Assembly (NCBI GenBank): GCA_031431555.1
Contig: JANPDN010000206.1
Coordinates: 15,558-79,557, forward strand
DNA length: 64,000 nt
Direction of reading: 5' to 3'
Origin: Rubrivivax sp.
GTDB taxonomy: Bacteria > Pseudomonadota > Gammaproteobacteria > Burkholderiales > Burkholderiaceae_C
Shown: positions 45,902-56,914 of the stretch, piece after piece
Layout of the letters: each line of letters begins with the position of its first letter
Position numbering within the stretch: the first letter of the stretch is position 1
The notes under the pieces: model-generated
The model's input: the letters and a program-made list of their open reading frames with translations, nothing else
Databases searched by the model: none
What the model was told of the DNA's origin: nothing
Program-made: the position numbers and the translations under genes

Positions 45902-47350
45902 ATGACCGCCACAAACCTCGCCGACTGCACCGCCACCGAACTGCTCGCGCTCTACGGCAGCGGCCAGGCTTCGCCGGTCGAAGCCACACAAGCCGTGCTC
46001 GCGCGCATCGAAGCGCTGAACCCAGCGCTGCTGGCCTTTTGCCATCTCGAGCCGCAAGCCGCACTGGCCGCGGCGCAGGCCAGCACCGCGCGCTGGCAGG
46101 CGGCGCGCGCAAACGCGGCCACTGCTGCGGCGGCAGTCGGCCCCCTCGACGGCGTGCCGACATCGATCAAGGACCTGATCCTGACGCGCGGCATGCCGAC
46201 CCTGCGCGGCAGCCACACCGTCGACGCCAACCAGCCCTGGGACGTCGACGCGCCGGCGGCAGCGCGGCTGCGCGAAGCCGGCGCGGTGTTGCTGGGCAAA
46301 ACGAGCACGCCGGAATTTGGCTGCAAGGGCGAGACGAATTCGCCGCGCACCGGCATCACGCGCAACCCCTGGGACCCGGAAAAAACACCCGGCGGGTCGT
46401 CGGGTGGCACGGCAGCTGCGGTGGCGGCCGGCATGGGCCCGATGTCGGTGGGCACCGACGGCGCGGGCAGCGTGCGCATCCCGGCATCGTTCTGCGGCAA
46501 CTTCGGTTTGAAGCCGAGTTTTGGCCGCGTGCCGGCGTATCCGCTGTCGCCATTTGGCTCGGTCGCGCACCTCGGGCCGCACACCATGAGCGTGGCCGAC
46601 GCAGCGCTGATGATGAACGTGATTGCGCGGCCCGACGAACGCGACTGGACGTCGCTGCCGACTGACTTGCGCGACTACCGGGTCGGCCTCGACGACGGCA
46701 TTCGCGGCCTGCGTGTGGCCTGGTCACCGACGCTCGGCTACGCCAAGAACGTGCACCCGGAAGTCGCCGCAGCCTGTGCCAGCGCGGTGCAAAAACTGGC
46801 CGAACTCGGTGCCCATGTCGAAGCCATCGACCCCGGGTTCGACGACCCACTCGAGATCACGACCGGCCTGTGGTTTGTCGGCGCGTGGACGATCTGGAGC
46901 GGCTTGGACCCGGCGCAGCAGGCCGTCGCCGACCCCGACTTCTGCGCCGAGGCGCGGCTCGGCGAGCGCTTGAGAGCGCTCGACATCCAGCGCCTGCATC
47001 TGCGCCGCGGCGCGCTCGGCTCGTTGATGCGCCAGTTCATGCAGCGCTTCGACCTGCTCGTGACACCCACCGTCGCGGTGCCGGCCTTCGATGCCAAAGC
47101 CGCCGGCCATGCACCGATGGAGCCCGTCGCGATGCTCGGCTGGACACCATTCAGTTATCCGTTCAACCTGACCCAGCAGCCGGCCTGCACGATCCCTTGT
47201 GGCTTGACGCAGGCCGGCCTGCCGATCGGCCTGCAATTTGTCGGCCCGATGTTTGGTGATGCGCTGGTGCTGCGCGCCGCGCGGGCTTTTGAGAGCGTGA
47301 TGCCGATCCCGCGGCCGCCGCTGCAGCGGCTGCTGGCAGCGGCGCGCTGA
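45902..47350 (+). CDS. Amidase (amidase-signature family)
   Basis: 482 aa. GGSSGGTAAAVAAG..GTDGAGSVRIPA (AS signature). Confidence 0.9.
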   Translation: MTATNLADCTATELLALYGSGQASPVEATQAVLARIEALNPALLAFCHLEPQAALAAAQASTARWQAARANAATAAAAVGPLDGVPTSIKDLILTRGMPTLRGSHTVDANQPWDVDAPAAARLREAGAVLLGKTSTPEFGCKGETNSPRTGITRNPWDPEKTPGGSSGGTAAAVAAGMGPMSVGTDGAGSVRIPASFCGNFGLKPSFGRVPAYPLSPFGSVAHLGPHTMSVADAALMMNVIARPDERDWTSLPTDLRDYRVGLDDGIRGLRVAWSPTLGYAKNVHPEVAAACASAVQKLAELGAHVEAIDPGFDDPLEITTGLWFVGAWTIWSGLDPAQQAVADPDFCAEARLGERLRALDIQRLHLRRGALGSLMRQFMQRFDLLVTPTVAVPAFDAKAAGHAPMEPVAMLGWTPFSYPFNLTQQPACTIPCGLTQAGLPIGLQFVGPMFGDALVLRAARAFESVMPIPRPPLQRLLAAAR

Positions 47351-47380
47351 GCCGCTGGATTGAACCGCGGCGCGCTGCCC

Positions 47381-48925
47381 ATGACCGTGTCCACGTCGAC
47401 CACCACCCTCGGCCCCGCACTCGGCCCCACGCACGACGCAAGCGCTCTCGCCGCGCGCATCGCCAGCGGCGAGACAACCGCGGCGCAGGCGCTGAGCGAA
47501 ACCCTGGCGCGCATCGAGGCGCTGAACCCGCTGCTCAACGCGGTCTGCCACGTTGACGCCGCGCTCGGCCTGCGCCACGCCGCCGTGGCCGATGCCGCCT
47601 ACGCGGATTGCCGCAACGACGGCGAGCGCGCTGCGCTGCACCACCAGCGGCCGTTTCTGGGCGTGCCGCTGCTGGTCAAGGATCTCGGCACCGCGGCCAC
47701 CGACCTGCCATCGACTTTTGGCTCGCGATACGCCAAGCGCATTAATGGCCCGCTCGGCCGCGGCCAGCATTGGGCGGTCGATTCGACTTTGGTCGCACGC
47801 TACCGCGCCGCCGGTTTTGTGCTCTTCGGCCGCAGCACCAGCCCGGAGATGGGCATCAGCCCGAGCACCGAGGCGCTGGCCTATGGCGGCGCCACGCGCA
47901 ACCCGCACAACAGCGCGCATTCGGCGGGCGGCTCGAGTGGCGGCGCGGCAGCGGCGCTGGCCAGCGGCATGGTCCACATCGCGCATGCCAACGACGGCGC
48001 GGGGTCGATCCGCATCCCGGCGTCATGCTGCGGTTTGATCGGCTTGAAACCTTCGCGCGGCATGATGCCGATGGGCCCGCTGGTCGGTGAAAGCTGGGGC
48101 GGCATGGCGACCGACCACATGCTCACCGTGAGCGTGCGCGACTGCGCCGCGGCGTTTGTCGCCAGCGCCGGCGCGGACGCTGGTGCGCCTTATGCGGCGC
48201 CGGGCGCACCGGCAGCACCGGTCAGCGCGGCGGGCTCGCTGGCAGGGATCGAGCGCGCAGCTGCAACGCCGCGATTGCGCATCGCGCTGTGCGACACCTT
48301 CTTTGAAGGCGATGCGATTCACCCCGAAGTTGCGCAAGCGGTGCGTGCTTTTGCCCAGCGGCTCGAAGCGCTCGGGCACCACATCGAGCTGCGCCGCCCG
48401 CCGCTGGACACACGCCAGGTCATCGAGCCGCTGGCGCATGTCGTGGCCTGTGGCACCGCGATGAGCCTCAACGCGCTGACGCGGCAGCATGGCCCGTTTG
48501 TTGATGGCGATCTCGAGCCGACGACTCGCAGCGCCTGGGAGCTGGGCAACCGGATCAGCGGTGCACAGTACCTGGCGTACCTGAACCAGCTGCACGGCAT
48601 CGGGCGCACGATGGCCGGCTTCTTCGAGGCGAGTGACCTGCTGCTCACGCCGGTGCTCGCCGAGCCACCGGCGCTGATTGGCCGCTGGGCGATGCACAAC
48701 CCGGATTTTCTGGACTACCGCATCGGGCCGGCTGGCCTCTGGCGCTACAGCCCATTTGCACCGTTGGCCAACGTCACCGGCGGCGCTTCGATAGCGCTGC
48801 CTGCCGCTCGCTCGTCGCTCGGGCTGCCGATCGGCGCGATGCTGACCGGCCAGCTCGGTGACGACACGCGGCTGCTGCACCTGGCGGCCGAGCTCGAGGC
48901 CAGCGGCGGGTTTGCGCGCTGGTGA
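47381..48925 (+). CDS. Amidase (amidase-signature family), second paralogue
   Basis: ATG 47381. GGSSGGAAAALASG..ANDGAGSIRIPA. Confidence 0.9.
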   Translation: MTVSTSTTTLGPALGPTHDASALAARIASGETTAAQALSETLARIEALNPLLNAVCHVDAALGLRHAAVADAAYADCRNDGERAALHHQRPFLGVPLLVKDLGTAATDLPSTFGSRYAKRINGPLGRGQHWAVDSTLVARYRAAGFVLFGRSTSPEMGISPSTEALAYGGATRNPHNSAHSAGGSSGGAAAALASGMVHIAHANDGAGSIRIPASCCGLIGLKPSRGMMPMGPLVGESWGGMATDHMLTVSVRDCAAAFVASAGADAGAPYAAPGAPAAPVSAAGSLAGIERAAATPRLRIALCDTFFEGDAIHPEVAQAVRAFAQRLEALGHHIELRRPPLDTRQVIEPLAHVVACGTAMSLNALTRQHGPFVDGDLEPTTRSAWELGNRISGAQYLAYLNQLHGIGRTMAGFFEASDLLLTPVLAEPPALIGRWAMHNPDFLDYRIGPAGLWRYSPFAPLANVTGGASIALPAARSSLGLPIGAMLTGQLGDDTRLLHLAAELEASGGFARW

Positions 48926-48973
48926 CGTGCCTTCGGCTGGTGGCTCACCGGCGGGCTAACCGGCTGCCCGGCA

Positions 48974-49747
48974 TCAAGCCACCGGCGCCGAATCGCGCCG
49001 GAACCCCGCTGAGGCCTGCATCAGGCTGCGGGTGTAATCGGCCTGCACGCGATGCGCCGCGAGGTCGGCAGCGGCCACCATCTCGACCATGCGGCCGCGC
49101 TGCATGACCATCAGGCGCTCACAGAGGTGGGTGACCACGGCGAGGTCATGGCTGACCATGATGAAGGTCAACGTGCGTTTTGCGCGCAGGTCTTCGAGCA
49201 GGTTCAGCACCTCGGCCTGCACCGAGGCGTCGAGCGCCGAGGTCGGCTCGTCGAGCAGCAGCACCTGCGGCTCGAGGATCAGCGCCCGCGCAATCGCCAC
49301 CCGCTGGCGCTGGCCGCCGGAGAGCTGGTGCGGGTAGCGGAAGCGAAAACCATCACCGAGGCCAACATCCAGCAGCGCCTTTTCGATGCGCGACTCGGCG
49401 TCAGCAAACCGGTGGATCGCCAGCGGCTCGGCGAGGATGCGGTCAACCGTCTGGCGCGGATGCAGCGAACCATAAGGGTCCTGGAACACCATCTGCACCT
49501 GGCGCCGGAAGGCCTTGTCGCCGGGCTCGGGCAGCGGCGCCACGCCGCCAGTCAGGCGCACCGTGCCGGCGGCCAGCGGCGCCAGCCCGCAGATCGCCCG
49601 CAGCACGGTGCTTTTGCCCGAGCCCGATTCACCGACGATGCCAAACGATTCACCTGGCCGGATGTCGAATGTCACATCGTCGACGGCGACAAAGCGGTCG
49701 TACTCGACCCGCAGGCCGCTGGCTTGCAGGCCGATCACAGCGCCCAC
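48974..49747 (-). CDS. Peptide ABC transporter ATP-binding protein (DppF-like)
   Basis: 257 aa. [24 protein letters not shown]. Confidence 0.9.
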   Translation of the reverse strand: MGAVIGLQASGLRVEYDRFVAVDDVTFDIRPGESFGIVGESGSGKSTVLRAICGLAPLAAGTVRLTGGVAPLPEPGDKAFRRQVQMVFQDPYGSLHPRQTVDRILAEPLAIHRFADAESRIEKALLDVGLGDGFRFRYPHQLSGGQRQRVAIARALILEPQVLLLDEPTSALDASVQAEVLNLLEDLRAKRTLTFIMVSHDLAVVTHLCERLMVMQRGRMVEMVAAADLAAHRVQADYTRSLMQASAGFRRDSAPVA

Positions 49748-50595
49748 TCCGGCCGGCGGTCGAGCACCGGCAGCGGGTGCCGCGACTCGGCCAGCCGCGG
49801 CAGGCAGTTCAGCAGACCCCGGGTGTAGGGGTGCTGCGCTCGGTGCAGGTCGACTGCTGCGACTTCTTCGACCACCCGCCCGGCGTACATCACGAGCACG
49901 CGGTCGCAGAACGACGACACCAGGCGCAGGTCGTGCGAGATGAAGATCAGCCCCATGCCACGCTCGGCGACCAGCTTGTCGAGGATGCCCAGCACCTCAA
50001 GCTGCACCGTGACGTCGAGCGCCGATGTCGGCTCGTCGGCGATCAGCAGTTCAGGCTGCGCGATCAACATCATCGCGATCATCGCGCGCTGGCCCATGCC
50101 GCCCGAGACCTCGTGCGGGTAGAGCTTGAACACCCGCTCGGGGTCGTCGATCTGCACCGCGGCCAGGGCTTCGAGCGCCTGCAGGCGCGCCGCAGCACGC
50201 GCCACCTTGCGGTGCGCACGCAGTGTCTCGACGATCTGCGCGCCGATGCTCATCACCGGGTTGAGCGAATATTTCGGGTCCTGCAAGATCATCGCGATAC
50301 GCCCGCCGCGCAACTCACGGCGCTGGCGCGGCGGGCAGTCCAGCAGATCGATGCCGCTGAACTGCAGCGTTTGGGCCGTGACACGCCCGCCGGGCGCAGT
50401 GAGACCGAGGATCGCGCGCCCGGTTTGTGATTTGCCCGAGCCCGACTCACCGACGATGCCCAGCCGCTCGCGGCCGAGCTTGAAGCTGACCCCGCGCACG
50501 ACTTCCTGCCAGCCGCCGGCGCGCGCGGGGTAGGCCACGCGCAGGTCGTCGACGGTGAGCAAGGCTGGTGGGGATGCTGCGGCGGCTGAGTTCAT
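49735..50595 (-). CDS. Peptide ABC transporter ATP-binding protein (DppD-like)
   Basis: 286 aa. [25 protein letters not shown]. Confidence 0.9.
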   Translation of the reverse strand: MNSAAAASPPALLTVDDLRVAYPARAGGWQEVVRGVSFKLGRERLGIVGESGSGKSQTGRAILGLTAPGGRVTAQTLQFSGIDLLDCPPRQRRELRGGRIAMILQDPKYSLNPVMSIGAQIVETLRAHRKVARAAARLQALEALAAVQIDDPERVFKLYPHEVSGGMGQRAMIAMMLIAQPELLIADEPTSALDVTVQLEVLGILDKLVAERGMGLIFISHDLRLVSSFCDRVLVMYAGRVVEEVAAVDLHRAQHPYTRGLLNCLPRLAESRHPLPVLDRRPEWAL

Positions 50596-51494
50596 TTCAC
50601 GGCCTTCGGATCCAGCGCATCACGCAGCCCGTCACCGAGCAGATTGAAAGCCAGGCTGACGATGAAGATCGCCGCGCCGGGCGCGGCGGCGACCCACCAT
50701 TGGTCGAGCACAAACTGGCGGCCGTTGGCGATCATCGCGCCCCATTCGGGCATCGGCGGCTGCGCGCCCAGACCCAGGAATCCCAGGCCCGCCGCGGTGA
50801 GGATGATGCCGGCCATGTCGAGCGTGACACGCACGATCACGCTTGATAGACACAGCGGCATGACATGCCGCAGCACGATGCGCCCGGGGCTGGCACCGAT
50901 CAGCCGCACCGCGCTGATGTAGTCGGCATTGCGGATCGTCAGCGTCTCGGCACGCGCGATGCGGGCATACGGCGGCCAGGACGTGATCGCAATCGCGATG
51001 ACCGCGTTTTCGATCCCCGGCCCGAGCGCGGCGACAAAGGCCAGCGCCAGGATCAGCCGCGGGAAGGCCAGGAAGATATCGGTGATGCGCATCAGCACCG
51101 CATCCAGCCAGCCGCCGGCATACCCCGATGCGGTGCCGACGAGCAACCCGATCGGCGCTGCCAGCACCGCCACCAGCGCCACGACATACAGTGTGATGCG
51201 CGCGCCGTGGATCAGCCGCGACAGGATGTCGCGGCCCTGGTCGTCGGTGCCGAACCAGTGGGCTTGTGAAGGTGGCAACAGCCGCGCGCCGGCCAGGTCG
51301 CCCACCGTCGCCGAATACGGCGCCAACTGATCAGCAAAGATCGCGACCAGCACCAGGGCGACGACGATCAACAGGCCGACCATCGCCAGGCGGTTTTTGG
51401 CGAAGTTGCTCCAGCCGTTGTAGGCGCGGCCGAGTGACGCCTGCCGGCGCGATTTTGGGCGCTCGCTGAGCAGCCAGGTTTGCAGCGTGCTCAT
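50592..51494 (-). CDS. Peptide ABC transporter permease (DppC-like)
   Basis: 300 aa. ..HWFGTDDQGRDILSRLIHG... 4-nt overlaps with both neighbours. Confidence 0.9.
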   Translation of the reverse strand: MSTLQTWLLSERPKSRRQASLGRAYNGWSNFAKNRLAMVGLLIVVALVLVAIFADQLAPYSATVGDLAGARLLPPSQAHWFGTDDQGRDILSRLIHGARITLYVVALVAVLAAPIGLLVGTASGYAGGWLDAVLMRITDIFLAFPRLILALAFVAALGPGIENAVIAIAITSWPPYARIARAETLTIRNADYISAVRLIGASPGRIVLRHVMPLCLSSVIVRVTLDMAGIILTAAGLGFLGLGAQPPMPEWGAMIANGRQFVLDQWWVAAAPGAAIFIVSLAFNLLGDGLRDALDPKAVK

Positions 51495-52543
51495 CGGGCG
51501 TCCCGCGTGCGCGGGTCGAGCACCCGGTACAACAAGTCGCTCGACAGGTTCAGCCCGATGAATACCGTGCCGACGACGATCGTGCCGCCGAGCACCGCGT
51601 TCATATCGGCGTTTTGCAGCGAGTTGGTGATGTACAGCCCCAGGCCCGGCCAGGCGAAGACGGTCTCAGTAAGCACCGAACCTTCAAGCAGCCCGGCGTA
51701 CGACAGCGCGATCACGGTGACCAGCGGCACCATCGCATTGCGCAGCGCGTGGCGCCAGATGATGCGGGCCTCGCTCAGGCCCTTGGCACGCGCGGCGACG
51801 ATGTACTCCTGCGCCAGCTCGTTGAGCATGAACGAACGTGTCATGCGGCTGATGTAGGCCAGCGAAAAATATCCCAGCAAGCCGGCTGGCAGCACGAGGT
51901 GGCTGAGCGCGTTGCGAAAGGCCTCCCATTCGCCAGCGCGGGCGGCGTCGAGCAGCAGCAGGCCGCTGACACGTGGCACGGTGTACTCGTAGGCGACGTC
52001 GATGCGCCCCGGCCCGGCCACCCAATCGAGCTTGGCGTAGAACAACACCAGCGCCATCAGCCCGAGCCAGAAGATCGGCACCGAGTAGCCCACCAGCGCC
52101 ATCACCCGCACCATGTGGTCGGCGACGCCGCCGCGGCGCACCGCCGCCCAGACGCCTAACGGTACACCGAAGCCGGCACCGATGAAGATGCCCACCGTGG
52201 CCAGCTCCAGCGTCGCTGGGAAGGTCTTCTTGATGTCGTCCCAGACCGGGTTGGACGTCAGCACCGAGGTGCCGAAGTCGCCCTGCAGCGCCTTGGCGAC
52301 ATAGATGCCAAACTGCTGCCACAGCGGCTTGTTCAGGCCCATCTCTTCGCGCACACGCTGGATCACATGCTCTGGCGCGCGGTCGCCGACGATCGCCAGC
52401 ACCGGGTCGATCGGGATCACGCGGCCGATGAAAAAGGTGACCGCAAGCAGACCCAGATAAGTCAGGACGACGACGGCTGCAAACCGCCCGATGGCGGCGA
52501 GCAGCCTCGTCGCGCGCTGTGCGCCCAGACCGGCGTCGCTCAA
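51491..52543 (-). CDS. Peptide ABC transporter permease (DppB-like)
   Basis: 350 aa, polytopic. Conserved ..AARAKGLSEARIIWRHALRNA... Confidence 0.9.
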   Translation of the reverse strand: MSDAGLGAQRATRLLAAIGRFAAVVVLTYLGLLAVTFFIGRVIPIDPVLAIVGDRAPEHVIQRVREEMGLNKPLWQQFGIYVAKALQGDFGTSVLTSNPVWDDIKKTFPATLELATVGIFIGAGFGVPLGVWAAVRRGGVADHMVRVMALVGYSVPIFWLGLMALVLFYAKLDWVAGPGRIDVAYEYTVPRVSGLLLLDAARAGEWEAFRNALSHLVLPAGLLGYFSLAYISRMTRSFMLNELAQEYIVAARAKGLSEARIIWRHALRNAMVPLVTVIALSYAGLLEGSVLTETVFAWPGLGLYITNSLQNADMNAVLGGTIVVGTVFIGLNLSSDLLYRVLDPRTRDAR

Positions 52544-52556
52544 GCCGGCGCCCGGG

Positions 52557-54197
52557 TTACTTCTTGCTCACCAAAAACAGGTAGGTCGAGTCAGAAGTCG
52601 GCCCGATCCTGAAGCCGTTGACATTGGCCCGCACCGCCGCGACTTCGGTCTGCTGGTAGAGCATCACAAAGGGGCTCGACGCACGGAACTCGGCCTGGAT
52701 CTCCTGGTACATCTTGGCGCGCTTCGGGCCGTCGCGTTCGAGCGCTGCGGCATCGGCTTTTTTGGTCAGCTCGGGGATGTCCCAGGCGTTGCGCCAGGCC
52801 AGCGGTTTGCTCTTGGCGTCGTCGGCGTTGTTCGGGTTGCGCGCAAAGGTGTCGGCATTCGTATGCGGATCCCAATAGTCAGCACCCCATTGGCCGACGT
52901 AGATGTCATGCGCGCGGGCGCGGTATTTGGTCAACGTCTGTTTGCCGTCACCGGGCAGGATCTCGAGCTCGATGCCGGCCAGTTTGAGCGTTTGCTGCAC
53001 GGCTTCGGTGATGCCCTGCACCGGCTGCACGGTGCGCATGTCGATCGTGACCTTGAAGCCGTTGGGCAGCCCGGCCTTGGCGAGCAGCGCCTTGGCCTTG
53101 GCCACATCGAGCTTGTACGGGTTGTCCTTGGCCGCACCGAGCAGGCCGATGGGCAGGAAGTTCTGGTGCACGACGCCGATATTCTTGATGAAGGTCTTGC
53201 CGATGGTGTCGTAGTCGACCAGCCACTTGAAGGCCTCGCGCACTTCGGGCTTGGCCAGGTTCGGATTTTTCTGGTTCAGGCTGAAGTAGTAGACCGTGCC
53301 CTTGGGCGTGGCCGTCGTCTTGATGTCCTTGTTGGCGGCCAGCGCGTCCAGGTCTTGCGGCGTCAGGTTGCGCGCGATATCGGCGTCGCCTTTTTCGAGC
53401 AGCAGGCGCTGCGTGGCTGATTCCTTCACATGGCGGTAGATCACGCGCGCCAGCGGCGACTTCTCGCCGTGGTAGTTGTCGTTGCGCTCGAGCACGGCGA
53501 GTTCATTCGCCCGCCATTCGCGAATCTTCATCGGCCCGGAGCCGGCGAAGTTGGTCTTCAGCCAGCCATGGCCGAGGTCACTGGCACCGTCTTTCATCGC
53601 CTCCTTGCTGAGCACCAGCTTCTTGTCGACGATGCCGGCGATGTTGGCCGTGAGGCAGTTGTAGACCAGGGTCGGCGCAAAGGCCTTGTCGGTCTCGATG
53701 ACCACCGTCAGTGGCCCGGTCTGCCGGATCTTGTCCTTGACGTTGTCTTTGGTCAGACCGAACTGCGTCAGGATAAAGGCCGGCGTCTTGTCGAGCAGCA
53801 CCGCGCGCTGCAGCGAGAAGACCACGTCTTCGGCGCTGAGTGGGTTGCCAGACGCAAACTTGACATTCGCCCTGAGCTCGAAGGTGTAGGTGCGGCCATC
53901 GGCACCGACGCTCCAGCTTTTGGCCAGGTCGGGCAGCAGCTTGGACGGGTCGGCAACGTCGTAGCGGATCAGCCGGTCGTAGCCGTTACCCATCAGTTCG
54001 CCGGCCGAAATCTCGAAGGCTTCTGCCGGGTCGAGCGAGATGATGTCGTCGAAGGCCGAGGCGATGACGAGGGTGTCTTTGGGCGTCGCTGCAAATGCCG
54101 GCGCCACGGCCAGGCCAAGGGCCAGGCAGGTTGCGGTGGTTGCAACCGTCGCGACAGCCACGGCGCGGCGGGTAAGGCGGACTGAATGCTGCGTCAT
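52557..54197 (-). CDS. ABC transporter substrate-binding protein, family 5
   Basis: ATG 54197 (MTQHSVRLTRRAVAVATVATTATCLALGLAVAPAFA). About 546 aa. Confidence 0.9.
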   Translation of the reverse strand: MTQHSVRLTRRAVAVATVATTATCLALGLAVAPAFAATPKDTLVIASAFDDIISLDPAEAFEISAGELMGNGYDRLIRYDVADPSKLLPDLAKSWSVGADGRTYTFELRANVKFASGNPLSAEDVVFSLQRAVLLDKTPAFILTQFGLTKDNVKDKIRQTGPLTVVIETDKAFAPTLVYNCLTANIAGIVDKKLVLSKEAMKDGASDLGHGWLKTNFAGSGPMKIREWRANELAVLERNDNYHGEKSPLARVIYRHVKESATQRLLLEKGDADIARNLTPQDLDALAANKDIKTTATPKGTVYYFSLNQKNPNLAKPEVREAFKWLVDYDTIGKTFIKNIGVVHQNFLPIGLLGAAKDNPYKLDVAKAKALLAKAGLPNGFKVTIDMRTVQPVQGITEAVQQTLKLAGIELEILPGDGKQTLTKYRARAHDIYVGQWGADYWDPHTNADTFARNPNNADDAKSKPLAWRNAWDIPELTKKADAAALERDGPKRAKMYQEIQAEFRASSPFVMLYQQTEVAAVRANVNGFRIGPTSDSTYLFLVSKK

Positions 54198-54317
54198 CGG
54201 GTGACTCCATCGATTGATCAACGCCGGCAGTATGCGCGGAATCAGGCCCGGATTGCCCAGTCGCTGCTTGCTGGCAACGACCCGACTGAGCGCGTGTCGC
54301 GCACTCCGTGCCTGGGT

Positions 54318-55889
54318 TCAGGTCGCCGGACCGCCCGCCGGTCTGCGTTTGAAAAACCGAATGGTCTGCTCGCGCACCGGCCGGGCCGGCGCACCATGGG
54401 CGACCAGTGTCTCGTCCAGCTTGACGCCGGCGTCGTCGGCCAGCGCGGCTTCGCGGGCGGCGCGGACTGCCGCTGCACGCTCAGGCGCAGCGTTAGGTAC
54501 TTGCGTTGACGTAGCGAAGGCCAGGTGGTCGATGATGTGCAGCAGGTTGTCCTTGCCACGCTCGTTGGTGCTGCCGTAACCCTTGATGAGCCGGCCGCAC
54601 AGCGCGAGCTCATGGCCGAGCGCCCAGTGTTCGCGCGCACCACGGTCGATCGCCGCCAGCCAGCGCTCGATCAGGCGCTGCTCCAGCGCGAAGCGGCTGC
54701 CGCGACGGCGCTGGCCCTTCAGCGCCGCGGCGGCCTTGAGCGCCAGCGTGCCGAATACCGTGTGGCTGCCGATCTTCAGTGGCAGCGCCCAGGGGTCGAG
54801 GCCGTGCATCACGCGCCGGCGGTCCCAGGCGACCAGCCTGGTCGCCAGTGACGCTGGCAGCAATGCTGCGAACTCGGGCACACCGGGTTTGAAATGATCG
54901 AAAACCTTGACGATCTCGTCGTCGCCCGCCGCGACTTCGCTGCGCACCCGCAACTGGCGGCTTGCAGCGAGCTTGAGCGCTGCGACCTGCACGATATCGT
55001 CGAAGGCCATCCACAGCGCCAGCCAGCGTGTCACCTCCAACGCCGTCGCCCCGCGGTGGGCGGCGCCGGGGTCACCCGCGGCCTCGGCGGCTTCGGTCTG
55101 CGCCATCCGCTTTTCATACAACGCGGTGTAGTCGGCGTCCTGGTAACTCGTCAGGCGCTGCCTGGCGATCGCGCGCAGGTCGGGCGCGCGCGTTAGAGAC
55201 ACCGGTGGCGGTGGCGGTGGTGCGGGCTGCAGTGCGGCGTCGACCACCGCGCGCTGGGCGCGGCGCTGAGTCAATGCATCGAAAGCGAGCGCAAAACCGC
55301 GCAGGCTCGGCTGCACACCTTTGCCCGCGGCGTGGATTGTTTCTTCGTAAACGGCGCGCGAAAAGGGCAACACGCCGCTGGCTGCGATGGCGCCAAAAAG
55401 CACCGCGCTGATCGCGCTGCCGGCGCTGTTCGCGAGCGCTGCAAGGTCGAGCAACTCGGTTTCGCGGCCATGGCGTTGCAGCGTGGTGATGAGCGCGGCG
55501 GCGTCGATGCGGCCGTCGGTCATCTGCATTTTTTCGGCCACCGTCAACGCGCGCGAGGTGCTGCTGATCACAAAAGTGCGCTCGGCGCTGACCATGCCGG
55601 CGCCGACCTGGCGCACCGTCTCGAGCAACTCAGAAGAGACCAGCAGGTCGATGCCGCCGGGTACCGGGTTCAGGCTGAAGACCGGGCGCGGGCCGGCGCG
55701 CGCAGCGTCGGTCTGCGGGTGAATCTCGATGTAGTAGGTGGTGGCGCCGGTGCGCTGCGCGACCCCCGGCACCGACGTCGCCTGCACGCTGTGGCCGGCG
55801 CGCACTGCGGTGTCGTAGAGCCATTCGGCGAGCACGCCGCCGCCTTCGCCGCCCAAGGCGCAGACGAGGACCGTGATCGGAGATTGCAT
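54318..55889 (-). CDS. iorB: Indolepyruvate ferredoxin oxidoreductase, beta subunit family
   Basis: ATG 55889: MQSPITVLVCALGGEGGGVLAEWLY..VPGVAQRTGATTYYIEI. Long C-terminal extension. Confidence 0.8.
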   Translation of the reverse strand: MQSPITVLVCALGGEGGGVLAEWLYDTAVRAGHSVQATSVPGVAQRTGATTYYIEIHPQTDAARAGPRPVFSLNPVPGGIDLLVSSELLETVRQVGAGMVSAERTFVISSTSRALTVAEKMQMTDGRIDAAALITTLQRHGRETELLDLAALANSAGSAISAVLFGAIAASGVLPFSRAVYEETIHAAGKGVQPSLRGFALAFDALTQRRAQRAVVDAALQPAPPPPPPVSLTRAPDLRAIARQRLTSYQDADYTALYEKRMAQTEAAEAAGDPGAAHRGATALEVTRWLALWMAFDDIVQVAALKLAASRQLRVRSEVAAGDDEIVKVFDHFKPGVPEFAALLPASLATRLVAWDRRRVMHGLDPWALPLKIGSHTVFGTLALKAAAALKGQRRRGSRFALEQRLIERWLAAIDRGAREHWALGHELALCGRLIKGYGSTNERGKDNLLHIIDHLAFATSTQVPNAAPERAAAVRAAREAALADDAGVKLDETLVAHGAPARPVREQTIRFFKRRPAGGPAT

Positions 55890-55908
55890 CAGCGCTGGCC
55901 CCCGCGCT

Positions 55909-56892
55909 TCATTCGGCGGTGATCTTGGCTTCGCGGATGAAAGCGCCAAAGCGCGCGCGGTCGGCGTTCTGGCGGTCGATGAATTCCTGCCGCGAACTGA
56001 TCATCGCCTCAGCCCCGAGGCCGCGGATCGCATCAGCCACACGCGGCGCGGCGAGCGCCTTGTTGATCTCGTCGTGCAACAGGCTGACCACCCCCGGCGG
56101 CGTGCCACCGGGCGCGTAGAGGCCGAAGACCGTATCTGCATCAAAACCGGGCAGGCCGCTTTCTGCAATCGTCGGCACATCGGGCAAGGTGCTCGATCGT
56201 TTGGGGCTGCCGACGGCGAGCAATTTCAGCTTGCCTTCGCGGGCGTGGCGCAGGCCCGGGCCGGGGTCGAACATGAACTGCACCTGGCCGGCGAGCAGGT
56301 CGGTCAGCGCCGGCGCGGCGCCGCGGTAGGGCACATGGACTGCAAACAGCCCGAGGCCGCGTTTCATCATCTCAGCCGACAAGTGCGGCGAGCTGCCGCT
56401 GCCGGCCGAGGCATAACTCAGCTTGCCAGGATTGGCTTTGACATACGCAAAAAACTCTTTCACGTTATTCGCCGGCACCGACGGATGGGCCATCAAAAAG
56501 ACCAGCACCCGCGCCGCGCTGGCCACCGGTGTCAGGTCCTTGGCCGGGTCGAACGGCATGTTGGCGTAGAGGAACGGATTGACCGTCATCGCGCCGCCGC
56601 TGCTCATCAACAGCGTGTAGCCGTCGGCGGCTGATTTGGCGACCGCGTCGGCGCCGAGGTTGCCGTTGGCACCGGGCCGGTTCTCGACCACCACCTGCGT
56701 TTTGAGCTGCTCGCCGAGCACCGCGCCGAGCGAGCGCCCGATGACATCGGCCGCGCCACCCGGCGGAAAATTGACGATCAGCCTGATCGGCTTGTTCGGG
56801 AACGCCGGCGCCTGGGCGAGCGCGGCCGTCGGCAGCGCAGCGGCGGCCAGCAGCATTGCGCCGACGAGGTTCTTTGTGAAGACTGGTTTCAT
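55909..56892 (-). CDS. Bug-family (TctC-like) substrate-binding protein
   Basis: 327 aa. Signal peptide, then FPNKPIRLIVNFPPGGAADV. Confidence 0.85.
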   Translation of the reverse strand: MKPVFTKNLVGAMLLAAAALPTAALAQAPAFPNKPIRLIVNFPPGGAADVIGRSLGAVLGEQLKTQVVVENRPGANGNLGADAVAKSAADGYTLLMSSGGAMTVNPFLYANMPFDPAKDLTPVASAARVLVFLMAHPSVPANNVKEFFAYVKANPGKLSYASAGSGSSPHLSAEMMKRGLGLFAVHVPYRGAAPALTDLLAGQVQFMFDPGPGLRHAREGKLKLLAVGSPKRSSTLPDVPTIAESGLPGFDADTVFGLYAPGGTPPGVVSLLHDEINKALAAPRVADAIRGLGAEAMISSRQEFIDRQNADRARFGAFIREAKITAE

Positions 56893-56914
56893 TCGTTAGC
56901 TCCGATATCAGGTT